A stretch of DNA of 64,000 nt. It comes from Styela clava. Taxonomy: Eukaryota. The stretch covers positions 16,864,001-16,928,000 of the forward strand of contig NC_135253.1 of assembly GCF_964204865.1 (NCBI RefSeq). The letters are read 5' to 3'. Made by a program: the position numbers and the translations under genes. Shown one piece after another: positions 32,532-51,414 of this stretch; positions within the stretch are counted from its first letter, which is position 1; each line of letters begins with the position of its first letter. Below the pieces are notes generated by a model, which ran no database searches, had not been told where the DNA came from, and saw only the letters and a program-made list of their open reading frames with translations.

Positions 32532-35500
32532 ATGTGGATTTAAACGGTATCATGAAATGTTAATACATCACATATATACGTTCAAATATATATATATATA
32601 TATATCCGTACCGCGCCGTTAGATGATGCGAACTGATAGAAAGGGGAAAGAAAACAAAAACCGGAAGGGAATGGAATGAGACAACAAACAACAGGACCGT
32701 GGTGTTCCTCGTAATCCGGAACCTCGTTACCGGCTAGCGTTTCCTTATGGATATCCGTGGCACATAGGGATTAGATTAGAGAAATCTGCTGTCCACGAGT
32801 GTTTGATATGGCGACTTTAACACAATATTATCGACAAATTAACAAATTTCTCTTGAGATTGTTTCAATGATACTATGCTTCTCTTTGCAATTTGCGTTTA
32901 TGGATCGTATTTTATCCAATTTAGGAATTCTAACGTTAATCCGTATAGGACGCGTATTTGACTCCATGCAGCGTTGTCCAATGCGTGAAAATACAATCCA
33001 AGTAAAATTACATTAATGTAAGTCAATGTAGGTACTCTTCGTCTATTTATCCACACACAGGCTATAAATACTGCTCATTTCGTCACGACTCACAGTGTCA
33101 TGCTACGAATAAACTGGAATCATGCCCTCATGTACTTGCACAATTTTATCACATTTACTCGCATTTTATAGTAATAAATGGAAACAGTTACTTTTAAATA
33201 TAATTCCATGGTAATGGCGAAGTATCTGACTTAATTAAAACATAACCCGAGCTTGTGAAAAATCATTCTCTACCATTTTAATTGCCATTATCTTATCTAT
33301 GAATTCGCTTATTCGGATAAACAGTCGTTGAGATTTTGAGATCTATTTTGCATTTTTATACCACCAGCATAAAGGTATCAAATTATTAATTCTAAGATAT
33401 ATTCAAAGTAATTTAATGCCATTGTATCAAAACATAATAAATTTGTGGACGCAAAATATGTAACCAAATATATAACCATATTACAGAATCTTGAGAATAT
33501 ATGTACGGAAATTTTCGTACGTGTTGCTATGATTTTTTGCGAACAGTTTTAGCATTTTGATTTATTATTTTTTGTTTCATTATTCCGCTGAAATTACCCC
33601 CTCACAGAAGTAAACTGGCATGACAAAAGTTAGTTTCATACTTGACTACAATAGCACAAGTTTGAGTGTCGCATACATACGCTGTCACAGCTTTTGTATT
33701 TGTTCATCGTAAAATTCCATCAATTCCATCCTTATTTCATCCATTGTTCAATGCCATATTTCAGATTGTAAACAACATCTTCCCAAAATGTGAATAATTT
33801 AAAATCGCTCAGAGACCCATTTGTGAAATTTAGTAACAATTGTCCTTTCAATCAAATATCATTGGTTGGTTGATGGGAAATTTTGCAGCATGGTTGAATA
33901 CTTTACATGCCTATGTACTATAATTATGTATGCTTGCAAGTAAGCTCGCGTGCACAATATGCAATGGTATGTGCGCGTGCAGTACATGCATGATGCGCAT
34001 GCTCAGTGCGCCTTGCCAGAGATCACGTGATCTTAAAACGCAGGCTGAGCTGCGGTTGGCGCATTTATAACTAAAACAACTAAGACCGCGTAGCTCGACA
34101 AAATGGCGCTAGTGATAAAGGACAGATTTTTTTTCATTTTTCAGTAATTTGGGTACTTTTTGTTTATTGTATTTTGTTAAGAAGAGTTACAGTTTATTTA
34201 CATCATTCGGGTTGAACTAAGCGTACAAAACAACTAGCTCAATTCTATGACACGAATTTGGTGACGACCCGCGATATGATTTATAAAGATGACTATATAG
34301 TCACGTCGTGACATTTGCAGACTTCCCTATGAGCTCACAGAATAGTTGAGTTTACAAATAAGACTTTTTGTCTTTCTTACGGACAAAAAAGGCAATGAAA
34401 ATGTACCAGTATTGGTGGGCAATTTAGGAAGGAAAAGATTAGAGAATACAGGATTTTCATTTTCCGTTTTCAAAAGCTTATGAAAACGGGATATCCTATA
34501 TTACAGACCTGACCGCTTTTCATGCACAGATTGTTTGTTTACTATGTTGGGGAAATCTTGTATATTCATGAAGTATTTCATACACAATCTAGCCTGCCTA
34601 GAAGTTTCGTTTTAAACGACCGGGATTTCCTAATTTTTCCCAGTTAAATTATTATTTCATTTTGTAATTGTTTTATAAATAGATGTCATAAAGTCATTTA
34701 TCCACAAATTTAGCTTAAAGTGTTCGGACTGTTTATTAGATCCCTCCACTTTTATCTTTATATTTAAATTTTCTGATAGATTGTTCAACGCTCGCCAGAA
34801 TATGCAAATCAGGTTCATGAAATGAAATAAGAAATTTAAATCTATCAATTTCAAATTATAGACTGTTTGTTGTCCATAGGCGATAACTAAATAAATTGCA
34901 TATGAATTTGTGTTTAAATAAGACTTAATTTAAAGTACAATATTAAATATTACGATCATAAAATAGTTGTGATATGTCGGAGGTATTTTACAGCTGTAAT
35001 GTTGTAACACCAAGCAGAATTAGAATTTGTATCTCAATACTAATTATGATTTCAATAACCACAACGTAAAAATGATACTATGGATACAGAATTTAATTCA
35101 ATAAAAAATGATATAGAACATTGATATTTCAAAATTTTACCGTTTTTTTCGTTCACTAAAAATTCCCCATACACTATTATATTTGTAGATGTTTTTCAAT
35201 TATCGAATCTTGTAATTTATTAGAAAGCTTCCAAAGGAAAATTACTGTTAAATTTCTGTTTCAGAAAATACAAATATGCGTGGCAAAATTAAGTACGCGG
35301 CAATCATAAGACTTTTCCCTGTTGGTGTGTACCTATTTATGTTTCAAAGGCAAACACGCGCTTCTAAATGGCTTCGAAACCGAAAAAGTAAGCGAGCACG
35401 TGTTCTATTTGATGACTGAAATACTCGTTTTGGTCATGAGGCTAGCCAGCTGTGCAACAAAGTGAGTTAGTTAGGCGTGGTGTGAGAAGAGAGAAATACT

Positions 35501-38071
35501 CTTGGGGCAATCTCATCATCTCTAGATGAAACAAAATTGTAGGGAACACAATAGCTTTACGTTGTTTCCCCACTAAGTACCTATAAGTTATTAATTGCAT
35601 TCACAATGACAATTGAAAAACAAAATTTGTGTTGTTTCCGCGATGTACTACCGCATTATCTACCTCATTTCCAATTGTCTTGCGTATAGGAATGCATCGG
35701 GTATCCGTATTATCGTATCATTGTCGTAGGACCACTGAAAACAATTTTCCTATTAAAAAGACTGCATTCATTGCAAAAATGTTCCCTAACGCGACTTTTT
35801 CGATCGTTCAAACCGATTATAACTGATGATATATTTTAACTTAGTCGAACAAGTTATTTCGACAACTGAATCTTTAAATATAGCAATATTAAATTGGAAA
35901 TTTTCATTTCTTCCTGCAGTTTTCCAAATTGAGTAAAATGCAAAATAGATGGCCGAATGTTGGATTCACAATTCATAAAAAGGTGTTTATCACTGACTCC
36001 ACACACAAAAATATGGAAATAAATCTGTTTTTCTATATTAAATACCAACAAAACTTTCAGCATGCCGAAAATGTAATCACTATAAATAAAACGCGTATAA
36101 TAGGGTAAATATAAACATTCAATAACCGCAAATGTTCACAGTTCTTCAATTCAGCTTTTGATTAATATTACATCATTGACTAGAAAAACGCAAAGTCCAG
36201 TTTGAATTGGATTGGACTCAATTAAAAACACGGGGTCCAGAAGGTACAAACACATTTATTTTTAATTAATGTCCGCATTGGCATGAATATTTTCGAGCTA
36301 TTTTAAATTAGACGACAGACCGGGTATGTTATTTTTTCCAAAACTGATGAAGATCAGACAAATTTTGAAATTTCATTTGCCCATAATATATGGAGAAAAC
36401 TCGTGAGTCGCTATTTTTCTATTTTCATTTCTAGTTTTTTGCAAACAACTCAATATATACATTCATGTATTTGGAAGTATCATGTATAAATTTTATGAAA
36501 TCTCGAGGGTTAAGGATTAAGAATTTATATGCTTTAAAATCAATGCTATACTATTTACCACCTCTTTGGTGCATAAAATTATGATCTCGTTTTACATCGT
36601 AAGGCCTGTGTGTAGTGGATTAAAAGTTGAAAAATTGTTGTGTCGCAACGGGCGAGTGTGGGCTGGGGATTAACGTGATATGTGAGTAGGATAACGCACC
36701 ATACAGAAACAGACTGGGCTTATTACATTATGGCGCTTAGTACAAAAGAGAAAAAGGTTCCAGGCTATGCTACCTTTTCTTTTTCTCTTTTGTTTAACTA
36801 AGTAAAGTATTTAACTCGGCCGGTGTTTTCTATCCGGAATTATTATAATGGTGACAAGGAAAGGGATAGTGTAATATACTTGATTAGATCCGTCCGCTTT
36901 TTATTAAGAGAGGAAAAGCAGTCTATTGAGTAAGAAAAATATGACAAAGTAATGAATTTTAATACTTCTGTTTTTGTTTTATCTTTAATGAAGCAGTTAG
37001 ACAAATATACTCTGTACATCTTGTGATTTCCGTTTAATCGAAGCAAACCTATTGGCCACGTCAACATTAGGGAATTTAAAATTTCCGAAAATTGATTGCA
37101 TATTGAAGAAAAGCAGAAAAAAAATACTCAAATACAAATTTTGGTTTAAAGGAAGAAAATATCTTCAAGGTATGTAGCAAACTTGATGTAACATTCGCAA
37201 TCAAAAAATTTAAAATAGTTCATTTTCGAATCCCGATCAGTTTTATTATGTTGGATATTCTGTTGCTCGTTCAACATATAGTGTACATGTTATAGTGTAA
37301 TATGTATAAAGACAAACAGGCCAAGAGTAATATCTCAAAATAGTAACATACTTTATGCATTTGCTACCAATGTTAAAAATAGATTAGGTTGGAAAATTTG
37401 AACAAGTTTAGTCTTGTCGAACGCAATTGATTAGATTTGAAAAATTTCAGGAAATAGAATATAATTTCCTTTTCCTGCTCACGTGTCACTATATGGTTAA
37501 CAAATGAGCCTTTGAGTTCCGGGCGTGTGCGTGGTGTCTTGAATGCCTAAATCTCGCTGCTGTATTAAGCCGCAGATTAATTCCAATACATATACAGTCT
37601 ATACATAAATAAGGTGCTTTTTGGGAGCACTTTTCATCAACAATTCTCCTACTGCACAAGGCATAATACAGTCAGTAATAATGTTAGAAGTGGGTCATAT
37701 TAGGTACAGTTATAAGTGCTGCTGCTTCTATTCTATTGAATTGTCAAAAATGCTTGTTATGTGTTTGGATTCCATTTTTTGGTAACAGTTTACAATAGAA
37801 TATATAAAACACGATTTCGGTAGTGATTTTTGATTATAACAGGATGAAGGAACATGTACATTAGCGAAAATAAGGCATCAGAAATAGTTCAAAAATCTTT
37901 AAATTAACATAAATCATAACAATCAGATAAAGCATTTAGAAGATTGATTGGCACTGATGTGTCGCGTCTATTTTTTGCGTGGGCCAACATAATGCTTTGT
38001 CCACGAGTCACAATAAAAATGCAGAAGGCGTGTGCGAAGCTTATGCGCAAGCGTCTCGAAGCGCTTCTAGG

Positions 38072-38089
38072 GCGCATGCGACTTCCGGT
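38072..38089. promoter_or_regulatory. Adjacent NRF1-like and class I ETS consensus sites upstream of Erg/Fli
   Basis: GCGCATGCG directly followed by ACTTCCGGT (ACCGGAAGT on minus) in a CpG-rich patch. Confidence 0.35.
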
Positions 38090-40585
38090 TTAAAATTCGT
38101 TATACATTAATCAAATTCGTTCGACAATTTTTGGCATGCTTTCAGAGCGATATGTTGAGCAGCATCATATCGATTTCCAAATTAAAAATATTTTCACCAT
38201 TGTGAACGGAGGTGGGTACATCCACCACTAATTTTCCACGTTATTCCAATACTGAAAAAAAAATTCGAACAATTTTTAGCAGCTGTTAAATTGAAGAGAA
38301 ATATACATCTGATTAAAATCACAACCCAGACTGAATTGACAAAAGGATGCAACTCATTTTTTCTATCTGTCACTCACTAAGCTAAGGTAACATTGGCGGC
38401 AAGGTACTGAATTCCGTAAAGTGGAATAGAGGATTCAATTCTACTTTTATATGAATTTGCCGGAAATTACTGAGTTTCCTCGATTCGAATTTACTATAGT
38501 GTTAGTAAACACTGCCGCAAATTCATCGCATTTTGTTGAAGTACTTCCATAATTTCCGAAGTGCGAAGTCTTGGGCCTAGGCCGGTTATCATCTATATGC
38601 GAATGGTATGGAGGAAACGCTTCTGAATTCAGTCAAAAACCGTCTATGATATACTTCAGTGTTTACTTGTGTTTAAAATATTTAATGTACCCCCCCCGCT
38701 TAAGAAAATTTATTTTGTACAATTAATAAAATGTTTGTGCTTTCGAAAAGTTTCCAGTCATGCAAAACATTTAAAAATGCAAAGGTTAAATTGTTTGTGT
38801 GCAGCAGTTTTGTTGTTAATTCCTATTTCGCCTTGATAATTGATAATATATTTATATATAATAGTGTGGATTTCACAAGTATAATGACGGGTGCCATTAA
38901 AAAATGGCAACAACACTGGCAAAACTTTCCAAACGCATCCACAAGCACTTCCTCCAATACGTGGAATTGACTTTTCGTAATTGTTCTGCCCTAACTACAG
39001 TTATAGTTCCCGGTTTGACACATTCAAAATTTTCCCGCGATATTGTCGCTTGAATTGTTTAGTTAAAACGTTGGGTTTGGATAAAAATATTCACTACACA
39101 CTTCTCGTGTACATATGGAAAACATCTGCGTGGAACTGGCTAGAGAACAAGCCGTGATTAAGTTTACAAGTTTTTTTCCAAAAAGAAGTCAAATCGATTG
39201 GGTAGATCGAGCGAGAATTGTTGTTCCCTTCCAAACTTTTATCTTGAAATCAAGCACAACAACATTCTGTTAAAATCTAAGGTTTGGCAATGTTTACCGA
39301 GTTATAAAATTACTTTACATTGGGATCCAGCGTTTTAAATTCAACGGACCCTACAAAATCATTATCACGCATGTACAATTTTTACGGACAATTTTGTCGA
39401 TATCATAAAACCGTTCCCCATAATTTGAATCATACGTATTCAAAGTAAGCATCTATATCCTTCATTTCGACAACACATATACCACGATTTGGAAAATCGA
39501 CGGTTCTACAGTATTGTTTACTAAACATAAACTGTATGAATATTGTTATCTTTTGAGGTTATGTTAAGCTGAACGTGAAAAGGAAAAAAAATGATGCCAG
39601 TGGTTATAATTTCAACTTTGGATGCCCGCGTGTACCTTGTATAATATAAATCGTATCATAACGAATTATTATTTATGAAATGGGCGAAGTAATAGGCCGA
39701 AGTACACTAGCACATGCACGCGCTACTGCATGGCAACCGCAGTCTGAGCGGTGTAGTAATCCGCCGATGCAGGAAACAGCGTCATATCCTGAATCGGGCA
39801 GCGAACAATCCAACGCAGGCTGTAACGCAATGGCAAGCCGTTCACTCACTAGCTGTTTGTTATTCAGTGTTTTATAATAATTTGTCCCGATCTCAAAATA
39901 CCGTGTGGGCGACCGCTATTCAAAACTAGCTAGACGAGGTCATCGACTGACACAAATGTAAGGAGAAATAGGCCAATCTGGCAATGACATGATTCTATTA
40001 AAATCACCAATTGTGGGAAAAATTATGTGACAAATGTCCGAATCATTGACCTAAAATCTTTTATAACTTATTTACGCTGCAAAAAATTTGCTGATATTTA
40101 CGATTTTTGGTGTAATATTGTAAAATTGAATGGAAAACGAGATGTGAAATCAATTATGCTCTTTTTTTTATTCAATTCGTTAATTTCTTGTTCATTCCAC
40201 GTCGGAATATGATCCTTTTTGACCACGTTGTAGTCCGTGTTTGCGTTTGGACATTGATTTCACTAATCCACATTATCACAAGAGAAACAAACAAAATGGC
40301 GCTCGTCTCGGCGATAAAATAAATCAACCTTATCAACAGTTAACTTATAATGTACGCCATTCAAGAAAAATGCTTTTTGCGAGCTATTTTCCACGTTTAA
40401 TTTCGGTTATTACCAAATAATATTCTTTTGAAAATCGTACTCTATATATAGCATGATGGCATTTAACGTCAATACAATTTTGATATGAATTTGTTTCATT
40501 TCAGGCGAAGGACGAAAACAGCACAAAAGCAGATTTTTGAACAGATCTTACTTTGGAGCAAAGACCCTTATAAGAAGGGAGAAAA

Positions 40586-44344
<3,759 letters not shown>

Positions 44345-47032
44345 ACCCAAATACGTATATATTTCGATGCTGCGAAATACGGGTAAATTGCAAGAACGGA
44401 TGTTCCAGCCTTAGTTGTTCTGAATCAATATAATTTGCAGATGACTAGAAAGTAAGGTGCTGATCAAATAAGAGCTGCTTTAAATTCAATCACTGTCAAA
44501 ATAACAAGCTATTTGTGCAAGTTTTAAATTGCATTTGTTCATCAGTTAATATGCCACCTGGTCGGTCAAACGCTTATGAAAGGTGGATAGTTCCATTATG
44601 GTGCCTTAAAAATTATACTTATTATTTTTAATATTGTTTTTAAGTTACGCACAGGAATAATTATGGTTATTTTTTGTTTGAATTTTTATAACTTATATGA
44701 AGAATGGCCTGTCTCGTTATTACTTTGCTGTTTTGCGTTATTACTCTTTTCTTTTAAATATCAATGACTAGTGCCTTTATTTGTGTATTTCTCAGAAGCC
44801 AAAAATGTTTAATAATTTGACATTCCAAAATAAAAATATTTCGTTTATTTTCAACGTGTTGAAAATTATCTTTATGCAATCTATCAAGTGCATTGCGACA
44901 TTCCCGTAGTTTTGCTCCGTGTATTCTTCAACTTGTTTGTATTTTTTATTCTTAGTTGGTGCATTCTTTTTTTTAGACAAGGGACGTTTTATATAGTCTT
45001 TAATTTGTCTATAAACTTCCTATTGTAAAGGACAAAATTTAAAACACCATAAATGTGTGTTCACTCTGAGTTCAGTGTGTCACTTGTGGCTGGTGTAAAT
45101 ATTGTCGGCACAATATACCATTTGCTATTATGCCAGAATGCTTACTTATCTACATGGTGAATGTATTAGTATTTTTTCTGGCTCTAACTGGATTAAAGTC
45201 GTCCATAATTACGGCGTATATTCTATAACATTTAGAATAAAACACTGTACACTACATAAAAAATCACTGATTAATTGGCCAAACGCCATGCACGTTAATG
45301 GGGTTGAATGGGAAATTACACGAAACAGTTCTGGCCCACATGTATTGCATTTGTTCTATCGTCAAATTTCTATTTTTGATGTTTTAAAACTTTTTGTGAG
45401 TTTATATATATGTGTACCATCCTATGGCCAACTAAAATTTAACTGCTGAACTTGGTTTTCGCAAGAGAGATATACTTTGAAATAATCCCTATCTTTATAG
45501 GAATTGCCAGATAAAGTGCTAGAATATTTGTTTTTCGTAATTTTGTGTTTCGCCAAAGTAAAGTAAAAGAAAATTTGAACCAGAGTCTGATTTATTCTTC
45601 TAACCGGTGAAGCATATTAGGACTTTACATGTGTTCGAATATATGTAGACAGTTAAACAGTTTCAAGTCACCATCATAGTTTCTGTTATGAACATTTAAA
45701 TGAGCCACACGGTTGTAGTTTTGAAATGTTCTAATAGTGATTCCTCGGAAACAATTGTCCTTCAAGAAACAACAAATATAAGTCATCATCCACGCAAAGT
45801 CATGGTTTAAAATGGTTATAGTAAAAGATTTCTACACTTGTGAGCCCAGGCACCAAGCTGCGTAGACGACATCGCCAGGATATCTGGAGATTACCCCTTG
45901 TGCTATCTCTCGGCTGCTTAGAATGGCCTCAGTAATATTCAGACTACAATGTTAACAATTTTTGTAATTCATTAACAAGAAAGTGGCAGTTTAAAATACG
46001 TTTCAGTTCCCTGTTTTTGCAAAGCCGTAAAATATACTGGGAACTCTTGAAACAAACGATGGGATTCCATAAGGTGATGTTCCATTATCAACTAAATATA
46101 CACATACAGCCAATTGATTAGCATCACAGATATCCAATTTTGTCACAAATATACAACAAGTCATTAACAGGAGATATTAACAAGAGAGTGTGCTAGAGTT
46201 CTATTCAGCAATATATGTTTAAGACTGTTTTTGACTAAAATGATACCGGATATTAATAAGATGGTGGTACTTCACCATACTCATGGGGGTAAAACCATGC
46301 ACCATGGTAAAATTTAAAAAACTGATGGTGGCATGGAAAGTATTATTATTATATTATATGAGAAATGAATTTATTTCGACTTTTCGGTCGGAGGGGCGTT
46401 CGTTAGTCAACAAGTTCTCCAAAGGGGCGCTGCTAGAGAAAAATCCATTACATAATACACACATTTCATTCCCTGCTTTTCTTCCAATTTCTGGCTTTTG
46501 TTTTCAATGGCAAGATATCCCAGAGTAATTTATAGTTAAAATCAGTATTTTTAATAAGTAAACGAATAGCTCGCAGAGCCATGTGATTCATATGGAGCAC
46601 AGAGCTATGATTGAGAGAGGCCGTGGTTCGCCATATATCTAGGCCTTCTTTTCGGCTTTCTTCTCCCCTTGGATAAATATGTAAATCCCATGTTATATCA
46701 ATTAATAAATACATAAATAACCGCACTCCTCTCGGCGACTGGTTCATATTCTGTTCTGTAGATACGTTTTCTGTCTAATAGATATGCATTCCCAATAAGC
46801 ATATGCTCATAGTTGTATGCTTTCAGCGTACCATACTTCGAAACCCAAAACCAAATAAGTATTGAAGAATTAAAGACCTCAATACGGCCAATTTTGCACC
46901 CGACTCGGCTGAAGCAAGGGATTTTGGCAGCGAGCAATGCGTTTTCTTAATATGCAACGAACCATTTAGCTGGACGACGTAAAAATGCAAGGAACAATGC
47001 CATAATGAGCAAATCTTTGCAAGTTTCCACTC

Positions 47033-47129
47033 ATTGTATATATGCTCATTGGTTATCGGTAGTCTATTGTGTGGTTGTGTGGTAGATTGTATATATGCTC
47101 ATTGGTTATCGGTAGTCTATTGTGTGGTT
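47033..47129. repeat. Tandem duplication, 53-bp period
   Basis: ATTGTATATATGCTCATTGGTTATCGGTAGTCTATTGTGTGGTT at 47033 and 47086. Confidence 0.9.
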
Positions 47130-48470
47130 TTTTCTGGACTTTATGTCCATATATTTGAGCATTATTCTCTTGTTCAAAATAAAATAACTTATTTTCTGAT
47201 TTAAAACTGCCAATGTTATTTCATTACGTAGTTTCATAAAAGGAAAATATTTTTATGCGGCGACACGATACCAAAAATTATATTATCTAAAGCGCGATTA
47301 ATCGACAATCCGTGGCGCTTCATATGCTGGCCACTGAGGGATTGCTAACTTGGAGTCAATAAAGAGTTGCGTCGTGAATTCTACTACACATATTATTCAA
47401 CGAAGATAAGACAAGGTTTTACACCAAAACCAAACATACAGCAAAATATGCAAGGAATTAAAACAAACCGATACAGCTACACAGTAAATGAAGATGTCAA
47501 TAATTGACGCTAGCCTAAATGTAATAAATGATTTGCGCCTCCATAGAATGCAAAACCACCTGAGTGAGATTGTGGTCGTCTCTCAACATTTCTTCGAGAA
47601 CCTATAATATTTTACCAATATGTCATGTAACTGAATGACAGGTTTACAACAGATAAAGCGATTTAAAAGTAGCCCGTGTTATTCAAATTCTTACACAACT
47701 TACATCTTGTCGAAGCTTTATTTCATCCCCTGTTTTCCGACAGTAGTGGTGGTACTGGTAAGTGACTCCGATGACCGCATGGTCGTATCGTTGCCACCCA
47801 GTCTGTACTGAGTTATATTTTGCTTTCTATTAATTATGTTTTGTTGTGTATATGATTTCTGGTGGACAAAACAGATAAACACTATCTCTCTCAGTATTCA
47901 GAAATTTGCAGACCAACCGCAGCATTAGGCTTCGACGCCGTCTCAGTTACAATAGACAAGCACCAGCGTCTTTTATCACTGTTCGTCGTTCACTGGTATA
48001 AACTGATGTTTTCGATTGTGTATATGTTGCAGCTTTTACCTACTACAAGTCGCGCTCTGTTATCAGCTACATGCTCAATCACACAGATAAAGTTTTTTTT
48101 ATCTATCGTTACTCAAGGGTTAAATACATTATAATCCATAGTTACACAATGCACATTCGCTACAACACCACTGAATCCTGCACAAGCCAAATTAGTTGGT
48201 CGCAGAAAGTTTCAGCCTTGGTGTTCGACGCGACAATAGGCCTAAAATTAGTCAGCACTGCCATGGAAACAGGAGATCGAGTGGAAGTCCTCAGCCTTTC
48301 ATTCGGCATGAAAAAGCAACTCTTCAATGCAAGGTGCTTCTTTTACAGATACTCTATACTAAAAAGTGGACAGTGTTCATCAACGCTAGTTTTCACTTTA
48401 AAACACTCCTGAAAATATACCTGACATTTAAATGCAAGATTAGCGTTGAAAATATTTCGTTATCTACCCC

Positions 48471-50040
48471 AAATAAAAATATTACCCACACTGATTAGCC
48501 TGGGTAAATATCCAATAGATGCACTTGAGTCTAGTACTGGAATTTAGAAATAATAAATTGTTACCGGTAGGCACTTTTTTAGGCACTTATTTAGGCACTT
48601 CGAAAAAAAGGTGAAATGGACGTAGTAACTCCTAGAAAGATAATGAATTAGTTCAAAATATTTAAATTAAATGTTGAACGCGAAAATTGCAACAGTTAAA
48701 CCCAATAACGATTTTTAAAACGTAGTATTGAAGGGAGACGCACGCGCTCTGTCACCACGTATGCTAGGCACATATTTAGACACTTCGAAAAATAAAGAAA
48801 ATGGCAATTATCACTAATAAAAGACAGAGAAATAAACATATTACCCACCCTGATTAGCCTGGGTAACTATCCAATAGATGCACTTGAGTCTAGTACTGGA
48901 ATTTAGAAATAATAAATTGTTACCGGTAGGCACTTTTTTAGGCACTTATTTAGGCACTTCGAAAAAAAGGTGAAATGGACGTAGTAACTCCTAGAAAGAT
49001 AATGAACTAGTTCAAAATATTTAAATTAAATGTTGAACGCGAAAATTGCAACAGTTAAACCCAATAACGATTTTTAAAACGTAGTATTGAAGGGAGACGC
49101 ACGCGCTCTGTCACCACGTATGCTAGGCACATATTTAGACACTTCGAAAAATAAAGAAAATGGCAATTATCACTAATAAAAGACAGATAAATAAACATAT
49201 TACCCACCCTGATTAGCCTGGGCAAATATCCAATAGATGCACTTAAGTCTAGTACTGGAATTTAGGAATAATAAATTGTTACCGGTGGGCACTTCGAAAA
49301 AAAGGTGAAATGTAGTAACTCCTAAAAAGATAATAAATTAGTTCAAAATATTTAAATTAAATGTTGAACGCGGAAATTGCAACAGGTATACCCAATAACG
49401 ATTTTTAAAACATAGTATCAAAGGGAGACGCACGCGCTCTGTCACCACATATGCTAGGCACATATTTAGACACTTCGAAATATAAAGAAAATGGTAATTA
49501 TCATGAATAAAAATACAGAAAATAAAAATATTAGTCAAAATAATTAGCCTATTTGAATATCCGATGAATGCACTTGAGTCTAGTAGTGATATTTGAGAAT
49601 AATAAATTGTTACCGGTAGGCACTTTTTAGTCACTTATTTAGATACTTCTAAAAATGCGTAAAATGGGCGTAATAACTTTTGAAATGATAATGAATTAGT
49701 TTAAAATATTTAAATTAAAAAATTAATATGCAAATTGCAACAAGTAAACCCAATGATAATGTTTAAAACGTAGTATTATAAGGAGGCGCACGCGTTCTAT
49801 CAACGCATATGCTAGGCACATATTAAGCACTTCGAAAAATAAAGAAAATGGGATTGATGGGACTAGTTAAACGCATTATAAAACTTGAATATTGATCATC
49901 TGAAGTACAATAAGTAAACCAATAAATGAAGTTTAAAATGTAGTATCAGACGCAGTCGCGCTGGATATACCTAGAAGAAAATGAGATTTATCACCAATAA
50001 ATCGCCATGAAATAAGTATATATTCGTCATAAAAGGTATC
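48471..50040 (+). repeat. Left arm: ~4.5 tandem copies of a ~330-359 bp unit
   Basis: ATTACCCAC.CTGATTAGCC at 48481, 48840 and 49199 (period 359); diverged copies at ~49530 and ~49900. Confidence 0.92.
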
Positions 50041-51414
50041 CTGGCCATATTTTAATCATGTTTTTTTTTTCGATTGAATTTGTTGTCGGTTTAGCTGATT
50101 ACGAAATTAATATGCATTCATATGCGATGTACACAATTGATTCTAGTAGTATCAATTAAAAATGTTGAATTGGTACCGGGTCCAGAGAGACTGCACATGA
50201 ATATATATATAGTTTATTCTGTGTTTTTCCCTTGAACATTTAATTAAAAATTTAAAAACACCTGTGACTTGAATAAATTTATTAATGACGGACAAAAAAT
50301 CATGGAAATATATTTGATTAAACATTTAAAAAATTGAAACCGTTATAAAAATACACCGAGTTCATAATGTTTTCTGTGATACACATTCTAGCAATTAAAG
50401 ACACATATCCGACTAACGAACTTATTGTTCTTTTAATTGAGAATGGTAAATTAAGATCGGTGGCATAATTGCAGGTATTTTGGAAAATAGGAAAGTGGGC
50501 GTTGCCAATAAAACTATTATATAGGACTTTAATTATTTTAATTATAGCATTTACCAAACTTACGTAGCATACGAACATCTAAAGTTTTGTTATCTGGAAG
50601 GAACTTTATTTGGTAAAACGTAGCTAAAAAATCTATTGTATAATATTGATGTCGCTCTATTATATTTTCACTACGACATATCGGCGAAACCTGAGAGCTG
50701 TGAAGCACTAGCGATCATACTTTCTGATTCATTTTATAAACTGCAAGACCTAGATTAATTAATATATTTAGGGCATCGTGATTGGGGAGACTGTATACTA
50801 TTTTACAAACATACTGTGCTGTCAAAAATCATTTCAAAATTATTAAATGTTGAACATTTATAACGAAAATTAATCTGTAAATAAGCTGCCATGAAACTTT
50901 ATGTCAATATACAGTATATATATACAGTCGCTGGTGAATAATTTTTTAACAGCTCAAAATCCAAAATAAGCAGAGACTGTAAAGAGGTCCACAATCTCAC
51001 ATTTTAAAAAGAGATATTGAAATACGATAGTAAAACACTACTTAATGGTTTACATTGCAAATTTGTTACGAAAAGTTGTGAAAAAAATAGGATGTAATGC
51101 AGCTCAATTATCCGAAGAAGATGAAACACCTGGTAAATCAGCGTTTTCTAGCAAGGAGGAATTCGTTCTTAGTAAAAAGTGTTGTTTTATAGTACAAAAA
51201 TATCGTTTAGTCATCACTACTATTTTAACACATATATATATATAAAGACCAATTTCAAACTATGCCAAAGTTGTGTATCATTCAATAATGATTTTAGAAG
51301 GCACAGCAAATGGGGTCTACGCAAATTTAAGTGGGAATACAGAGTTTCAAAATGGAAAAAGGGCGGAAAAGATTGAAAACCGCCAAGTTAAATGATATAC
51401 TGTCAAATACAGGT

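Noticed and set aside
46466-48498. Short ORFs as LINE reverse transcriptase or host exons
   Set aside because: No convincing RT motifs or consistent splice chain.
48471-50040. CRISPR-like or centromeric array
   Set aside because: Units are ~350-bp contiguous repeats without unique spacers and are mirrored around a transposase, so they are transposon arms.
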